A DNA stretch of 64,000 nt from an uncultured delta proteobacterium. Lineage in GTDB: Bacteria; Desulfobacterota; DSM-4660; Desulfatiglandales; HGW-15. This document shows, in pieces, positions 29,179 through 40,252 of the stretch; within the stretch, counting starts at the first letter, position 1; every line of letters begins with the position of its first letter. The position numbers and the translations under genes are program-made. Below the pieces are notes generated by a model. That model was not told where the DNA came from. It made no database searches and was given only the letters and a program-made list of their open reading frames with translations. Location of the stretch: contig CAVZMS010000124.1 of the NCBI GenBank assembly GCA_963776085.1, forward strand, positions 2,488-66,487. The letters run 5' to 3'.

Positions 29179-29220
29179 AACTCTCCGGCATACTCCAGCA
29201 CTAACAGATCATTCCACTGG

Positions 29221-31164
29221 TCAGCCTTTTTTAATCTTTATCATAATCCTTTTTCCCGGTGAAATATCTTGGCCGGCCTCCCGTTTCATCTCGGCCACGA
29301 TAAGATAGTCCATCAGGATAATCCGGTACTTGTTTTTCAAGACATCGAGAATTATTGCCGGGAACTTTTCACCGATATGCTGACCGAGATATTTTTGAAT
29401 CCAGTAACGAATGCGGTTGATTTTGACCGTATTAAGGTCTTTTAAAGATGGGGTTACCGTGACCCTTATCTTCTCCAATTCTTCCATATTATATACGGGA
29501 GTTCCCTTAAGGATATAATTTCTCATCTGCCTTTGACTGACAAGATCAAAATATCTCCTAATCGGGGAACTTAGATTCGAATAAGCGTCAAGGCCCAAAC
29601 CGGCATGTGGACTGGGCTCGATATCAATAACAAGGGGGGAAAGTTTTCGGCGCTGTCTGAAGACATAATATATATACCCTGTTTCTTCAATTGTTAACCT
29701 CTCGCTGGGCTCCTTCTGTCCCCTGTAGATTATCGGGATATTATGATCCCTACAGAAGCGGGCAGCCAACCAATTATATAAGATCATCAACTCCGCAACC
29801 ATTATACGCGAGGGAGTTTCCTGGGAGATCATTTCTATTGAGACGGCCGAATCATCTCCTACTTGAATTGATGCTTCAGGAAGAGATAGGATCAGCGCAC
29901 CCTGTTCAACCCTTTTTTGGCGCATTTTTTCGCATAGCTTATATATCCATAAAAGCTGTTTTTCCTTTTCAAGTTGCTCATTAACCATATCATATGTTAA
30001 CTGCCTTCGGACATTAACTATGCTGGGTACGAACCTGTAATCGGAGAGTTTGCCGGTTTTATCAAAACTTGCCAAAAGAGAAATAGCAGGCCGATCAACC
30101 CCATGTCTTAAACTCAACCTGTCATTGGATAACTCGGCGGGAAACATATGGATCTGGTGTCTTGGTAGATATAATGAGGAACCCCTGAGGTATGCCTCCC
30201 TGTCAAGCATGCTATCGGGATCAATAACAGAAGCTACATCAGCTATATGAATCCCTATCTGAGTATAGTCGTCCTGAATATCAACACTCAAGGCGTCATC
30301 AAAGTCCTTTGTCATGGGACCGTCTATGGTAAAGGCGGAAAGATTCCTTAAATCCTCTCGCCCGGACACGTCTATCTCCATGCCGTTAAGCCTGCGGGAT
30401 TCATTGAGCTGTTCATCCGTGAATGACCTCCTGATCTTAAATCTGATGATATCGACAGGTTCATCCTCCTCCCATACTCCGAGCCTGACAAGCAGTTTCC
30501 TGGCTTCTCCGATATCAGATATCCCTGCCCGTGAGAGAAGCTCTTTTCCGTATTTATAATTAGGGGCTTCCTTTCCATATAGGGCAAGCTCTACAAGTAT
30601 AGTTATAATGTCCGTATAATTATAATGGCTCTCTTTTACTTCTCCCCGAAGTATTGTTTTTAGCCATGCGCTGCCCTTTTCAAGTCTATCTTCTTTTTGT
30701 TCCTCTTCCTCCCTCTCTCTAATAATCTGTTTGACCTTCTCTTCGGAATGGGGGATCAAGCGTCCGTCTTTTATCTTGAAATAGAGTTTATCATCGAAAA
30801 GCGCCCTCACCAGCGCAGAGACATGATCATCCGTAACCGTTTCTCCAAAACATAGATGGGCCAGGTATCTATAATCATAAGTCTCATCCTCGTCTCTGAT
30901 AAGTTCCCAGAGATCCCTGACATGAACCTCTTTCTTCAGTCTATCTCTTAACATCTCGACCTGTCTTAGTTTATTCAATACCTCCTCCCTGGAGCTGATA
31001 GAATCTACGGTTGAAGATGAGATAAAAACGGCCCTTTTAGATTGGAGATTGACAAGACGATTAAGAGGTGTCAACAGATGGAGTCTTCCACCCTTGTCTT
31101 GAAGACATATGGCGCATATTATCTTGCCCTGATCAATATACTCTATTATCTTTCCCTGGGTCAT
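29221..31164 (-). CDS. RNB-family 3'-5' exoribonuclease (RNase II/R-like) with a C-terminal S1-like domain
   Basis: Intact 647-aa ORF with FTIDGPMTKDFDDALSV, LYLPRHQIHMFP and NLSSPIRRYFDL. Confidence 0.88.
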   Translation of the reverse strand: MTQGKIIEYIDQGKIICAICLQDKGGRLHLLTPLNRLVNLQSKRAVFISSSTVDSISSREEVLNKLRQVEMLRDRLKKEVHVRDLWELIRDEDETYDYRYLAHLCFGETVTDDHVSALVRALFDDKLYFKIKDGRLIPHSEEKVKQIIREREEEEQKEDRLEKGSAWLKTILRGEVKESHYNYTDIITILVELALYGKEAPNYKYGKELLSRAGISDIGEARKLLVRLGVWEEDEPVDIIRFKIRRSFTDEQLNESRRLNGMEIDVSGREDLRNLSAFTIDGPMTKDFDDALSVDIQDDYTQIGIHIADVASVIDPDSMLDREAYLRGSSLYLPRHQIHMFPAELSNDRLSLRHGVDRPAISLLASFDKTGKLSDYRFVPSIVNVRRQLTYDMVNEQLEKEKQLLWIYKLCEKMRQKRVEQGALILSLPEASIQVGDDSAVSIEMISQETPSRIMVAELMILYNWLAARFCRDHNIPIIYRGQKEPSERLTIEETGYIYYVFRQRRKLSPLVIDIEPSPHAGLGLDAYSNLSSPIRRYFDLVSQRQMRNYILKGTPVYNMEELEKIRVTVTPSLKDLNTVKINRIRYWIQKYLGQHIGEKFPAIILDVLKNKYRIILMDYLIVAEMKREAGQDISPGKRIMIKIKKG

Positions 31165-31280
31165 ACGCCACCGAAACCTTTCAATATGCTCCCTTACAGA
31201 GACCTACTAACAACTGATAGCGGATTTGTCAACAGACCTTGACTTATTTGCATTTATTCATTAGTTACGGGATATAAGAA

Positions 31281-31477
31281 GCTATTTCCGGTTAGTATTT
31301 TACATAATATTGATCTAATGTCCACGTTCTTCGAGTGAAATTATAAGGATATAATTTGCATAATTCTGGGTGAGAGCTCTCCTTCTAGGATGAAAGCGGG
31401 CAGACTTTCGCCTCAGAAAGAGACCCCCATAGACTAATGCATTAAATTTATCATGCAAAATATTAACCGGAAATAGC
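31281..31477. repeat. 197-bp palindromic intergenic element (family member E2)
   Basis: The terminal inverted repeats are GCTATTTCCGGTTAGTATTTTAC (31281-31303) and GCAAAATATTAACCGGAAATAGC (31455-31477), matching 21/23. The interior is homologous to the 45.1-45.4 kb element. ORF 31315-31542 is an artefact. Confidence 0.8.
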
Positions 31478-31522
31478 TTGATATAGGGAAATTTAATGAA
31501 AAAAAGAATTAGCTGATCGGTT

Positions 31523-32635
31523 ATGAAAAGATCCTCTTTCAAAAAACGGCTCTCTTCCTTGAGGGATAAGCTGGGTCACGATTCTCCTGACACCATCTGG
31601 ATTATTCAGCCTGAAAACAGGAGATATCTCTCAGGATTCAGGGCCGCTGATCCTCAAATAAACGAATCATCAGGCTCACTTCTTATCAGCAGGAAAAAGG
31701 CCCTTTTGATCACAGACTCAAGATACACGATTGAGGCCAAAAGAGAAGCCAGCGATTTTGAGGTAGTAACACTAAAGGGTGATCTCATCAAGGAACTCCC
31801 CCCCCTGCTAGAGCGTCTCAAGACAAGGGTCTTAGGTTTTGAAGAGGATTATCTGACTTATAAACTCCATCGGGAGCTGGCTAAAAGACTTAAGGCAATT
31901 TCATCCCCTGTTCGCCTTACCCCTATGAACAGAATAGTGGACGATATGAGAGCGGTAAAGGATCGATCAGAGATAAAAGCTATGGAAGCCTCAGCCGACA
32001 TGATGTCCGAGGTATTTAACGAGGTGATATCCGGCCTCAGACCAGGTCGCACAGAGATTGAAATCGCCCGGGAGTTAGAACGGTTGGCATACGAGGCAGG
32101 GGCAGAGGGAATGGCCTTTCCACCTATTGTGGCCTCCGGCCCCAATAGCGCCTTACCCCATGCCGTCCCGACAAACCGAAAGATAGGCCGAAAGGAGCCG
32201 ATTATATTCGATGTGGGCTTGAAATTGAACGGTTACTGCTGCGACATGACCCGAACAATTTTCCTGGAGAGTCCCGGCCTAAAATTTAAAAAGATCTATC
32301 GCACAGTCCGTAACGCACAGCTTTCGGCCCTTAGATATATTCGGCCTGGAGTAAATAGCACAAACCCTGATTCCGTGGCGAGGGAGATTATTAAGGATGC
32401 GGGCTTCGGTGACTATTTCGGTCATTCACTCGGCCATGGCGTTGGTCTTGCCACACATGAGGCCCCGAGGCTTGGCCCTAAAAACCCGATAAAACTCGCC
32501 AAAGGGATGGTCGTTACCGTGGAACCGGGGATATATATCCCAGGCAAGGGAGGAGTAAGGCTTGAAGAGATGGTGGTTATTGAGACACAAGGACCAAGGA
32601 TCCTCACCAAGGACAATCATTTATATGATTTCTAG
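31523..32635 (+). CDS. Xaa-Pro aminopeptidase / M24B family peptidase
   Basis: Intact 370-aa ORF with HSLGHGVGLATHE and VVTVEPGIY...GVRLEE. Confidence 0.9.
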   Translation: MKRSSFKKRLSSLRDKLGHDSPDTIWIIQPENRRYLSGFRAADPQINESSGSLLISRKKALLITDSRYTIEAKREASDFEVVTLKGDLIKELPPLLERLKTRVLGFEEDYLTYKLHRELAKRLKAISSPVRLTPMNRIVDDMRAVKDRSEIKAMEASADMMSEVFNEVISGLRPGRTEIEIARELERLAYEAGAEGMAFPPIVASGPNSALPHAVPTNRKIGRKEPIIFDVGLKLNGYCCDMTRTIFLESPGLKFKKIYRTVRNAQLSALRYIRPGVNSTNPDSVAREIIKDAGFGDYFGHSLGHGVGLATHEAPRLGPKNPIKLAKGMVVTVEPGIYIPGKGGVRLEEMVVIETQGPRILTKDNHLYDF

Positions 32636-32789
32636 CGCCTATTAATAGCAAAGATTTACTGTTAATTAGCATTGTCTGTTTAGGATTTTGTATATAATTA
32701 TTGATCTAATGCACTTAAATCTTTATGCAAAGCCCTAAAGGGAACCCTGACTATTAATGATTTATTAGACAAGGTGCAATCAGGTATAT

Positions 32790-33698
32790 ATGGTTTTAAA
32801 AACTGACAAGAAACATGCATACCTTCTGGCAGATCAATTTATCAATCATCTAAGAGTGGAGAGAGGACTTGCTGATAATACTATTCAATCTTACGTCCAT
32901 GACCTTATAGGGTTTTTAAAATTTCTGGAGCAGAAAAAAATTTCACCTCTTAAGGTTAATCGAGATCATATCGCTGAATATATTAGCTCATTAAATTGCC
33001 TATTATCTGCCAGGAGCATAGCCCGGGGCCTTTCAGCCTTGAAAATGTTCTTCAGGTTTCTCATCTCCGAAGGCAAGATTAAAGACAGCCCTGCCAGGCT
33101 ATTAGAGACCATTAAACTTCCCGGCAGGCTACCTGAGGTCCTGAGCCGTGACGAAGTTGACCTCCTCCTTTCTCAGCCGGATATTTCCGGAAACCTGGGC
33201 CTGAGAGACAAGGCTATGCTCGAGTTGCTGTACGCCACCGGTCTAAGGGTATCTGAACTGATAGGACTGAACCTTATTAATATCAACCTGGAGGCAGGTT
33301 ATGTCAGGACCATCGGTAAAGGCGCTAAGGAGAGGATGGTACCGATGGGACAAAAGGCAATTGACGCTCTAAAAGCCTATATATTAGACGGTCGACCAGG
33401 ATTATTAAAAGGCAGGAATCCGTCACGTCTTTTCCTTAACTCGAAGGGGAAGGCTATATCAAGGCAGGGGTTCTGGAAGATTATTAAGAGATATGGTATT
33501 ATGGCGGGTATTAAAAAAAAGATTACCCCCCACAGACTAAGACATTCCTTCGCCAGCCATCTTCTTGAAGGAGGGGCTGACCTGAGGTCAGTCCAAGTTA
33601 TGCTTGGACACGCTGATATATCAACCACTCAGATCTATACCCATGTAAGCAGGGAAAGATTAAAACAGATTCATGAAAAATATCACCCTAGGCCGTAA
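32790..33698 (+). CDS. xerD: site-specific tyrosine recombinase XerD
   Basis: Intact 302-aa ORF with LYATGLRVSEL, HRLRHSFASHLL and LGHADISTTQIYTHV. Its length and motifs are those of a chromosomal XerD. Confidence 0.9.
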   Translation: MVLKTDKKHAYLLADQFINHLRVERGLADNTIQSYVHDLIGFLKFLEQKKISPLKVNRDHIAEYISSLNCLLSARSIARGLSALKMFFRFLISEGKIKDSPARLLETIKLPGRLPEVLSRDEVDLLLSQPDISGNLGLRDKAMLELLYATGLRVSELIGLNLININLEAGYVRTIGKGAKERMVPMGQKAIDALKAYILDGRPGLLKGRNPSRLFLNSKGKAISRQGFWKIIKRYGIMAGIKKKITPHRLRHSFASHLLEGGADLRSVQVMLGHADISTTQIYTHVSRERLKQIHEKYHPRP

Positions 33699-33839
33699 AT
33701 TTAATCCCACATCCGCCGAGATGTTTGATGTCCTTTCCTCGAGAGATATACCTTTATTCCATCAATAGATCTATTTTCATTTTTTAATGGGAAATTTGAT
33801 TGACTATGAAAACCCTTGATGCTATATTTTTAAACTTAT

Positions 33840-33916
<77 letters not shown>

Positions 33917-33926
33917 TGAAATCAAT

Positions 33927-33958
33927 GACTTACATCCATTTGGGTGTAAGTCTTTTTT
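33927..33958 (+). terminator. intrinsic terminator after the tRNA
   Basis: GACTTACA (33927-33934) pairs with TGTAAGTC (33945-33952) and is followed by T6. Confidence 0.8.
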
Positions 33959-34287
33959 ATTGGGGGCTACTTTCGGATTTTCTTTTTGAAATCTGTGAGC
34001 TGTTTTCATTTGCCAGCAGGAAAGAATACTATGCGTCTCAAAGTGCTTCGAGACCGAATTGCCTTGACGATAATAATAACTTCAAGTATTTTCATCCATA
34101 ATTGTTTATCCTTTGGTATCTCGAGGTGGACGCTATAACATCTAACAGCTAACAAGTTGAAGTAATAAAAATTTTCCCTGGTGTATCTTTATCTAAAGTA
34201 CAATATCGAAAGAGGAATAGGAAAAGCAATTTGATATAAAAATATTAAGATTAGGTTTGTAAGAATCCCAGATAAAAGGATACGAAT

Positions 34288-35061
34288 ATGACCGTGACAT
34301 GGCTTGTTTCAATATTATCACTTACAGGCGCTCTTTCCGCTGAAACCGCCTTTAAAAGCGATATCTTCCAGATGTTTATCCACGCAGGCCTGGTGGTCAA
34401 GATTGTGCTTTTGATCCTGGTCGTTTTTTCAGTCATTTCATGGGCCATTATATTCATCAAATGGAGGTTTTTCCGGAACGCCCGACAGCAGACAGCCTAT
34501 TTCCTCGATCTCTTCTGGGGCAATTCGGAGATAGGAGGAGTCTATAAAGAATCTGATGAATTGAGATTCAGCCCTGTGGCACAGCTTTTCAGGTCTGGTT
34601 ATTCGGAACTTATGCGTATAAATAAGATCCAGGGCAGCACAGATTCAACAAGCCATGAACCGCCCATAAATGGCCTGGCTGATTCCGTTGAAAGGGCACT
34701 AAAAAGGGCAATTATCCAACAGGGCAGCAGACTGGATAAGGCATTATCCTTTCTGGCCACGACAGGGAACACTGCTCCCTTTATAGGGCTTTTTGGCACA
34801 GTCTGGGGGATAATGGAATCTTTCAGGGGCATAGGGATGAGTGGTTCCGCAAGTCTAGCTGTTGTAGCCCCTGGAATCTCCGAGGCCCTCATAGCCACAG
34901 CGGCCGGCCTGGCGGCGGCTATTCCGGCTGTGGTAGCATTCAACTATTTCAATAACAAGGCATCTGAAATGAGATCCGAAATGGACGCGTTTGCGGCGGA
35001 CTTCTTGTCTCTCGTAGTAAGACAAGTGATCCGAAAAAGATTGAAGACTGAAAAGGATTAA
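34288..35061 (+). CDS. tolQ: TolQ (MotA/TolQ/ExbB proton channel)
   Basis: Intact 257-aa ORF with TAPFIGLFGTVWGIM. It is the first gene of the tolQRAB-pal-cpoB series. Confidence 0.9.
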   Translation: MTVTWLVSILSLTGALSAETAFKSDIFQMFIHAGLVVKIVLLILVVFSVISWAIIFIKWRFFRNARQQTAYFLDLFWGNSEIGGVYKESDELRFSPVAQLFRSGYSELMRINKIQGSTDSTSHEPPINGLADSVERALKRAIIQQGSRLDKALSFLATTGNTAPFIGLFGTVWGIMESFRGIGMSGSASLAVVAPGISEALIATAAGLAAAIPAVVAFNYFNNKASEMRSEMDAFAADFLSLVVRQVIRKRLKTEKD

Positions 35062-35091
35062 TTTTTAACTTCAGAAGGAGTCCTGATCCTG

Positions 35092-35499
35092 ATGATGAAC
35101 GGCGGTGAAAACAGAAAAAGATTCATGTCGGATATAAATGTCACTCCCTTTGTGGATGTGATGCTTGTGCTGTTGATAATCTTTATGGTGACGGCTCCGT
35201 TGATGATTCAGGGCGTGGACGTCAATCTTCCCCAGACCACGGCAAAAGAGATTAAAACCCAGGAAGATCCCCTTATATTGACCGTGAACAACAAAATGGA
35301 GATCTCACTGGAAAAGCACATAATAAAGTTAGAGGATCTGGAGATAAAGCTCAAAACCATCTCTGAATATCGAAAAGATAAAGAGGTTCTTCTGAGGGCC
35401 GACAAGGATTTGTCCTACGGATTTGTAATAAAGGTTATAGCAGCGGCCAAAAGGGCCGGCATCGACAAGCTGGGGATGATCACTGAACCGACCGATTAG
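35092..35499 (+). CDS. tolR: TolR (ExbD/TolR family)
   Basis: Intact 135-aa ORF with INVTPFVDVMLVLLIIFM. Confidence 0.9.
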   Translation: MMNGGENRKRFMSDINVTPFVDVMLVLLIIFMVTAPLMIQGVDVNLPQTTAKEIKTQEDPLILTVNNKMEISLEKHIIKLEDLEIKLKTISEYRKDKEVLLRADKDLSYGFVIKVIAAAKRAGIDKLGMITEPTD

Positions 35500-35517
35500 A
35501 GGTATGGATTCATCGAT

Positions 35518-35690
35518 GTCCGGTTAGAATTTCGCAACTATACATAACGACATTATTTAAAGTAGACTTCGTTATTCCTGCGAAAGCAAGAATCTAAAAA
35601 AAAACCTGGATTCCGGGTCAAGCCCGGAATGACAGATTGTATAAGCCTTATGTCGTCATGTATAATATTGACTATAGATTGCAAAATTTT
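35518..35690. repeat. palindromic intergenic element (family member E4) between tolR and tolA, with two hairpin repeats nested in its centre
   Basis: The left end is GTCCGGTTAGAATTTCGC (35518-35535). TATACATAACGACAT pairs with ATGTCGTCATGTATA (35651-35665). The right end is GCAAAATT (35681-35688). The centre holds GTTATTCCTGCGAAAGCAAGAATCTA (35571-35596) and CTGGATTCCGGGTCAAGCCCGGAATGAC (35606-35633). Confidence 0.7.
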
Positions 35691-35722
35691 ATGCCTTTTA
35701 TTTCGCGTAGGACGATTAGATT

Positions 35723-36491
35723 ATGACAGCAACACTGGTCATCGGGAATTCGGATGATTTAACAGAGATCAGATGGCCTCCAATGGTCACTCTGTCAGTA
35801 TCCCTTCATCTTATAGTCTTTTTCATCATCTTGTTCATGCCTGAATCTGACATCTCTTGGCGGCAAATAGAAGGCACAGTCTATGAAGTCAATCTTGTTG
35901 AGATGCCTTTAGCCGCAGTGGGAAGCCAGGACACCGCAAACCTTGTTGAAAAAAGGGGAGATACGGTTATAAGCAAGGAAAACCAGGATAAGAGAATTAA
36001 TATGCCTGAGAAGCAAGAAAAGCCGCTCGTTGTCGCTAAAGAAACCGTTACCAAGAAAGAGACGCAACCGAAGTCTTCTTCTCAACTTATAGACAGCGCC
36101 ATCGCAAAGATTGAAAAAAAGGTAAAGACCGAGGATAAAGACCACGTTGAAAAGGCCATCTCCCAACTGGAAAAAAAGGTTGAGGGCAGGAGTAATGTCC
36201 AAGGCGGCACAAGGGGTGTTAGGAGCCATACAGACATCACTTATCAGAATATACCAGATGGAGGCTGAAAACTTAATTTAAAGCAACTGGTCCTATCCTG
36301 TGGCCGTTCAAAACCTTAAAAAGCTACAGGCGATAGTTGTTGTAAAGGTCAAACAGGACGGAACCATATTGGAGTCCTGGTTTAAAGAACGTTCAAGGGA
36401 TGCGATCTTTGATCAATCGGTTCTAAAGGCAATCGAAAAATCGGCTCCTTACCTCCATTATCCGAAGGATTATTCAATACCTATGGAATGA
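35723..36491 (+). CDS. tolA: TolA/TonB-family protein (frame shift plus an in-frame TAA)
   Basis: Fragment 35723-36268 holds a TM and a charged linker. A shift is plausible at the A7 run at 36171-36177. The next stretch, ..IRIYQMEAENLI-TAA-SNWSYP.., has an in-frame TAA at 36279-36281. The TonB_C-like end lies in 36300-36491, and its stop overlaps the tolB ATG. Confidence 0.75.
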
Positions 36492-37840
36492 AATTGAGAT
36501 CAACTTTAATCTTAAAGACCTTGAAGAAAAATAATTTTAGATTGTTATTGAAGGTTTTGCTAATTGCCCAGTTTTTTCTGCCTGCCGAAGGGATCGGAAA
36601 GATCTTTATCGATATTAATTCACCCTCGATTCAGAAGATCAAGATCGCTATACCGGATTTTAAAAATTTCTCCGAATCTGGAGATCATCCGGAGCTTGCT
36701 TCCGACCTCGCAAAGGTGATAACCAATGATCTTGATCTCAGCGGTTATTTTATCCCCATGGATCAAGAATCCTTCATAGATGAAGACGGCCCCTTGCTAA
36801 CGTCTGACAATATCCGTTTTAAGAATTGGTCCGTCATCGGTGCCGAACTTCTATTAAAGGGCGGATACACATGTATCGGCCAAAATATTGAAGTAGTAGT
36901 AAGGCTCTACGACACCTATTATGGAAAGCAGATATTGGCAAAAAGATTTCTGGGAAAGATAGACAAATACAGGAGTCTGATGCATAGAATCGGGAATGAG
37001 ATCGTCTTCGCACTAACGGGATACGAGGGGGTATTTCTCTCCAGATTCGCCTTTGTAAATAATTCCACCGGACATAAAGAGATCTATTTGTGTGACTTTG
37101 ACGGCGGTAACGTTCAACGGATTACTTCCGATGAAAGCATAGCACTGCTCCCCAGATGGTCTCCACAGGGAGACCGCATTGCCTTTAACTCCTACAAGGA
37201 CGGAGGGCCTATGCTCTACTTAATGGATATGTCATCCGGCAGTATCCGTAAGATTTCCGGGAGGGACGGATTAAATACAGGCGCCTGCTGGCAATCGGAC
37301 GGCAATAAACTGGCCCTGACCCTAAGTAAGAGCGACAATCACGATATCTTCACCATTGATATAGATGGAAATATAGTGGAGCAATTAACAAATCACTGGG
37401 CTGACGATATTTCACCATCATTTTCTCCCGATGGATCGAAGATGGCTTTTGTATCAACCAGGTCCGGGAATCCCCAGATCTATGTAAAGGATCTTCAAAA
37501 TGGAAATGAGGAGAGATTGACCTTTGAGATAAAATATTGCACCTCTCCGGTCTGGTCAAAGTTGAATAAAATAGCCTTCTCAGGGATGAATGACGGGCAT
37601 GTTAATATCTATACAATAAATCCCGACGGAAGTAATATGAGAATGCTTACCCAAGACGAGAGCAATAGTGAGGATCCCTGCTGGTCTCCGGATGGCAGGT
37701 ATATGGTTTTCAGTTCAAACAGGGAAGGTGGATATCATTTGTATATTATGAATTCAAACGGTCAAAATCAAAGGAGGATCAGCTTCTTAAAGGGAGAGGA
37801 TACATCACCATCCTGGTCGCCTATTTTATTTCCGGAATAA
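36488..37840 (+). CDS. tolB: TolB beta-propeller protein
   Basis: Intact 450-aa ORF with repeated WSPDG/FSPDG blades. Confidence 0.93.
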   Translation: MKLRSTLILKTLKKNNFRLLLKVLLIAQFFLPAEGIGKIFIDINSPSIQKIKIAIPDFKNFSESGDHPELASDLAKVITNDLDLSGYFIPMDQESFIDEDGPLLTSDNIRFKNWSVIGAELLLKGGYTCIGQNIEVVVRLYDTYYGKQILAKRFLGKIDKYRSLMHRIGNEIVFALTGYEGVFLSRFAFVNNSTGHKEIYLCDFDGGNVQRITSDESIALLPRWSPQGDRIAFNSYKDGGPMLYLMDMSSGSIRKISGRDGLNTGACWQSDGNKLALTLSKSDNHDIFTIDIDGNIVEQLTNHWADDISPSFSPDGSKMAFVSTRSGNPQIYVKDLQNGNEERLTFEIKYCTSPVWSKLNKIAFSGMNDGHVNIYTINPDGSNMRMLTQDESNSEDPCWSPDGRYMVFSSNREGGYHLYIMNSNGQNQRRISFLKGEDTSPSWSPILFPE

Positions 37841-38079
37841 AAAAGGGTGTGAAGGGCCTTTCCTTTTATAAATAAGGGTTGAATAATTATATTGGCCGTT
37901 GTAGAATAACGAAAAAATGAATAAAATCTAAAAAAATATCTTAAGGCCATCTAAATTTCTTGAAATGGTAATGTTAACATGATAGAAAATTAACTATAAT
38001 ACTTTAAGATGATAACTTAAATTAGATTTTCTATTATTCTTCATCGTAAAAACTAACAAAATCAGGAGGTAAAAAAATC

Positions 38080-38713
38080 ATGAAAAAATTAATGACCGTT
38101 CTATTAATCTTTGGATTTGTATTCTCATCACTCTTGTTCACAACGTCATGCGCAAAAAAACAGGTCGTACAGCCAGGCCCCTGCCGTTGACTTGGAGGCG
38201 GAGGCCAGGGCAAAGGCCGCTGCGGAGGCGGAGGCTAAGGCTAAGGCAGAGGCAGCAGCCGCCAAGGCAAAAGCAGAGGCAGAGGCCAAGGCAAGGGCAG
38301 AGGCAGCGGCGGCCGCCAAGGCAAAGGCAGAGGCGGAAGCAAGGGCAAAAGCCGAGCAACTTAGACAGGAAATCAGCGCCTTTGAATCCGAGCATATCTA
38401 CTTTGATTACGACAAGTCTGAATTGAAGCCTGAGGCAAGGGACATCCTGACAAAAAAGGCTGCTTTTCTCCAAGCCAATCCCGACTATAACGTGAAGATC
38501 GAGGGGAACTGTGATGAAAGGGGAACAAACGAGTATAACCTTGCGCTTGGTGAGAGAAGGGCCACTGCGGCTTCCAAATTCATAAACGCCCTTGGCGTGT
38601 CGGAAAACAGGATATCAACCGTGAGTTATGGGGAAGAAAAGCCCGTTGATACGGGACATAACGAAAATGCCTGGTCAAAAAACAGGCGTGATGAATTTAA
38701 ATTGATAAAATAA
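38080..38713 (+). CDS. pal: peptidoglycan-associated lipoprotein Pal (OmpA-like) with an Ala/Glu/Lys-rich linker (one frame shift)
   Basis: The ATG at 38080 follows aggagg. The lipobox is LLFTTSC. The shift lies between 38154 and 38196, a stretch containing A7 and C4 runs. The OmpA-like end is NCDERGTNEYNLALGERRA (within 38111-38713). Confidence 0.88.
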
Positions 38714-38786
38714 TAATTCGCCGCAATATATCATTAAACCAATACAGATAAGAAAAATACTCTTACACTGTGTTTATAGGTCAATC

Positions 38787-38817
38787 GCCCCCTGCCCCTT
38801 TATAAGGGGCAGGGGGC
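38787..38817. other. perfect 14-bp GC-rich hairpin between pal and cpoB
   Basis: The sequence is GCCCCCTGCCCCTT-tat-AAGGGGCAGGGGGC. No T run follows it. Confidence 0.7.
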
Positions 38818-38834
38818 ACTCGTGGGAAAAGCTT

Positions 38835-39735
38835 ATGAATTGTATGAGAAATAAGATATGTATCTTCTTATTAACGGGATGGATAATGATTTCCATCACC
38901 CTTTTTACTTCATGCACATATGACAAGGAGTTCGCCTATATAAATGATCAGATCAATAATCTTAATCAGAAAACCTCATCCCTTCAAGAATCAATTGATA
39001 ATAAAGCGAATTCCATGAATGAAAAATTGAGTGCCGTCAACTCTAATCAGGCCGAAATAATGGTCGAGATCGACCAGTTGAAAGAGGATCTTAAGGAGTT
39101 ATCAGGCCGCATTGAAGATAATGAGTATATTTTAAAAAATACTGTAGAAAAAGATCTAAGCGAACAGGATGCCATCCGAGCAGATCTGGCCAAATTGGCC
39201 GAGATCTCTCAAAAAATGGAAAGATTGGAAAGGGTATTAAAACAACAACAGGAATACCTTGGCCTTGAATCTCTTGATACAGAGGAGGCTCAGCAAGGGG
39301 ATCAGGGGGTTATTGAGACGGCACCGGAACAGGAAGAGGCTACCGAGGTAGGATCAAAAATCCGAGGAAGGTGAGATATATAACGCCGCTCTCTCCCTCT
39401 ATAGGGAGGAGAAATATGAACAGGCATCAGAGGACTTTAAAAAATTCTTAAATTTATATCCCAAATCAGACCTGGCAGACAACGCCCAGTTCTGGATTGG
39501 CGAATGTCTTATGGCCCTTAAACAGTATGAACAGGCCATCCTGGCCTATCAGGAGGTAATAACAAAGTATCCGAAGGGAAACAAGGTGCCCAACGCTATG
39601 CTGCGTCAGGCAATAGCCTTTCTGGAGATAAATGATAAGACCAGTTCGAAGCTTCTTTTGCAAAAGGTCATCAAACAATTTCCTGGCTCCAGTGAGGCCA
39701 AGATAGCCCAGAAAAAGCTAAAAACCATTAAATGA
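38835..39735 (+). CDS. cpoB: Tol-Pal system protein CpoB/YbgF (coiled coil + TPR) (one frame shift)
   Basis: The coiled-coil part is 38835-39374. The TPR part continues in another frame (..LYREEKYEQASEDFKKFLNLYPKSDLADNAQFWIGEC..) to the stop at 39733-39735. Confidence 0.85.
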
Positions 39736-40081
39736 AAATCCCCTCTTTTTCAAGTAAGGCCATTTCTTGACGGGATAGTAAAGAATCTATTCCACCTCTA
39801 ATAGCAGAATATATTAAAATTTGCCTTATAGATGAAACATCAACTCCCCAATAATTAATCACCTGTATAATGATATTGGCTTTTGGCCGGAAGAGATATG
39901 ATATACCTTAATTTTCAGAATAAAGCATGGAAAAATGAAATTCAATTTAATTACATAAATATAGGATAATTTTATCTACTATTTACTATTTTTTATTGAC
40001 TTTACACCTTTCAAGGATTATAAATAGAGAAAAAAAGATTCTATTCATCAGGGTGATTTTAAAAATATCAAGGAGTATAGT

Positions 40082-40252
40082 ATGCCACAGATAATGACCA
40101 CAAAAGAATTGGCAAAATACCTAAAACTACATGAGATCACTATTTGCAAATACGCTGCTGAAGGTAAAATTCCGGCTATCAGGATCGGTCGCGTCTGGCG
40201 ATTCGATAAAGAGGCCATAGATAAATGGATAAGCGGCGGGCAAAACAAATAA
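40082..40252 (+). CDS. excisionase-family / MerR-like helix-turn-helix DNA-binding protein (56 aa)
   Basis: My own translation is MPQIMTTKELAKYLKLHEITICKYAAEGKIPAIRIGRVWRFDKEAIDKWISGGQNK, with aaggag upstream. It falls below the ORF-track length cut-off. Confidence 0.7.
   Translation: MPQIMTTKELAKYLKLHEITICKYAAEGKIPAIRIGRVWRFDKEAIDKWISGGQNK

Noticed and set aside
31315-31542. A 75-aa minus-strand ORF between the RNB exoribonuclease gene and the M24 peptidase gene.
   Set aside because: It lies entirely within palindromic element E2 and has no RBS. The homologous element E1 has no equivalent ORF.
32790-33698. The tyrosine recombinase as the missing integron integrase for the attC-like sites.
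   Set aside because: Its length and motifs are those of chromosomal XerD. I see no extra IntI-specific insertion. It lies 9 kb from the island, embedded among core genes.
38138-38473. Arg-rich (38148-38426, +) and Cys/Leu-rich (38138-38473, -) ORFs.
   Set aside because: They are alternative-frame and antisense readings of the GCN-rich Ala/Glu/Lys linker of pal.
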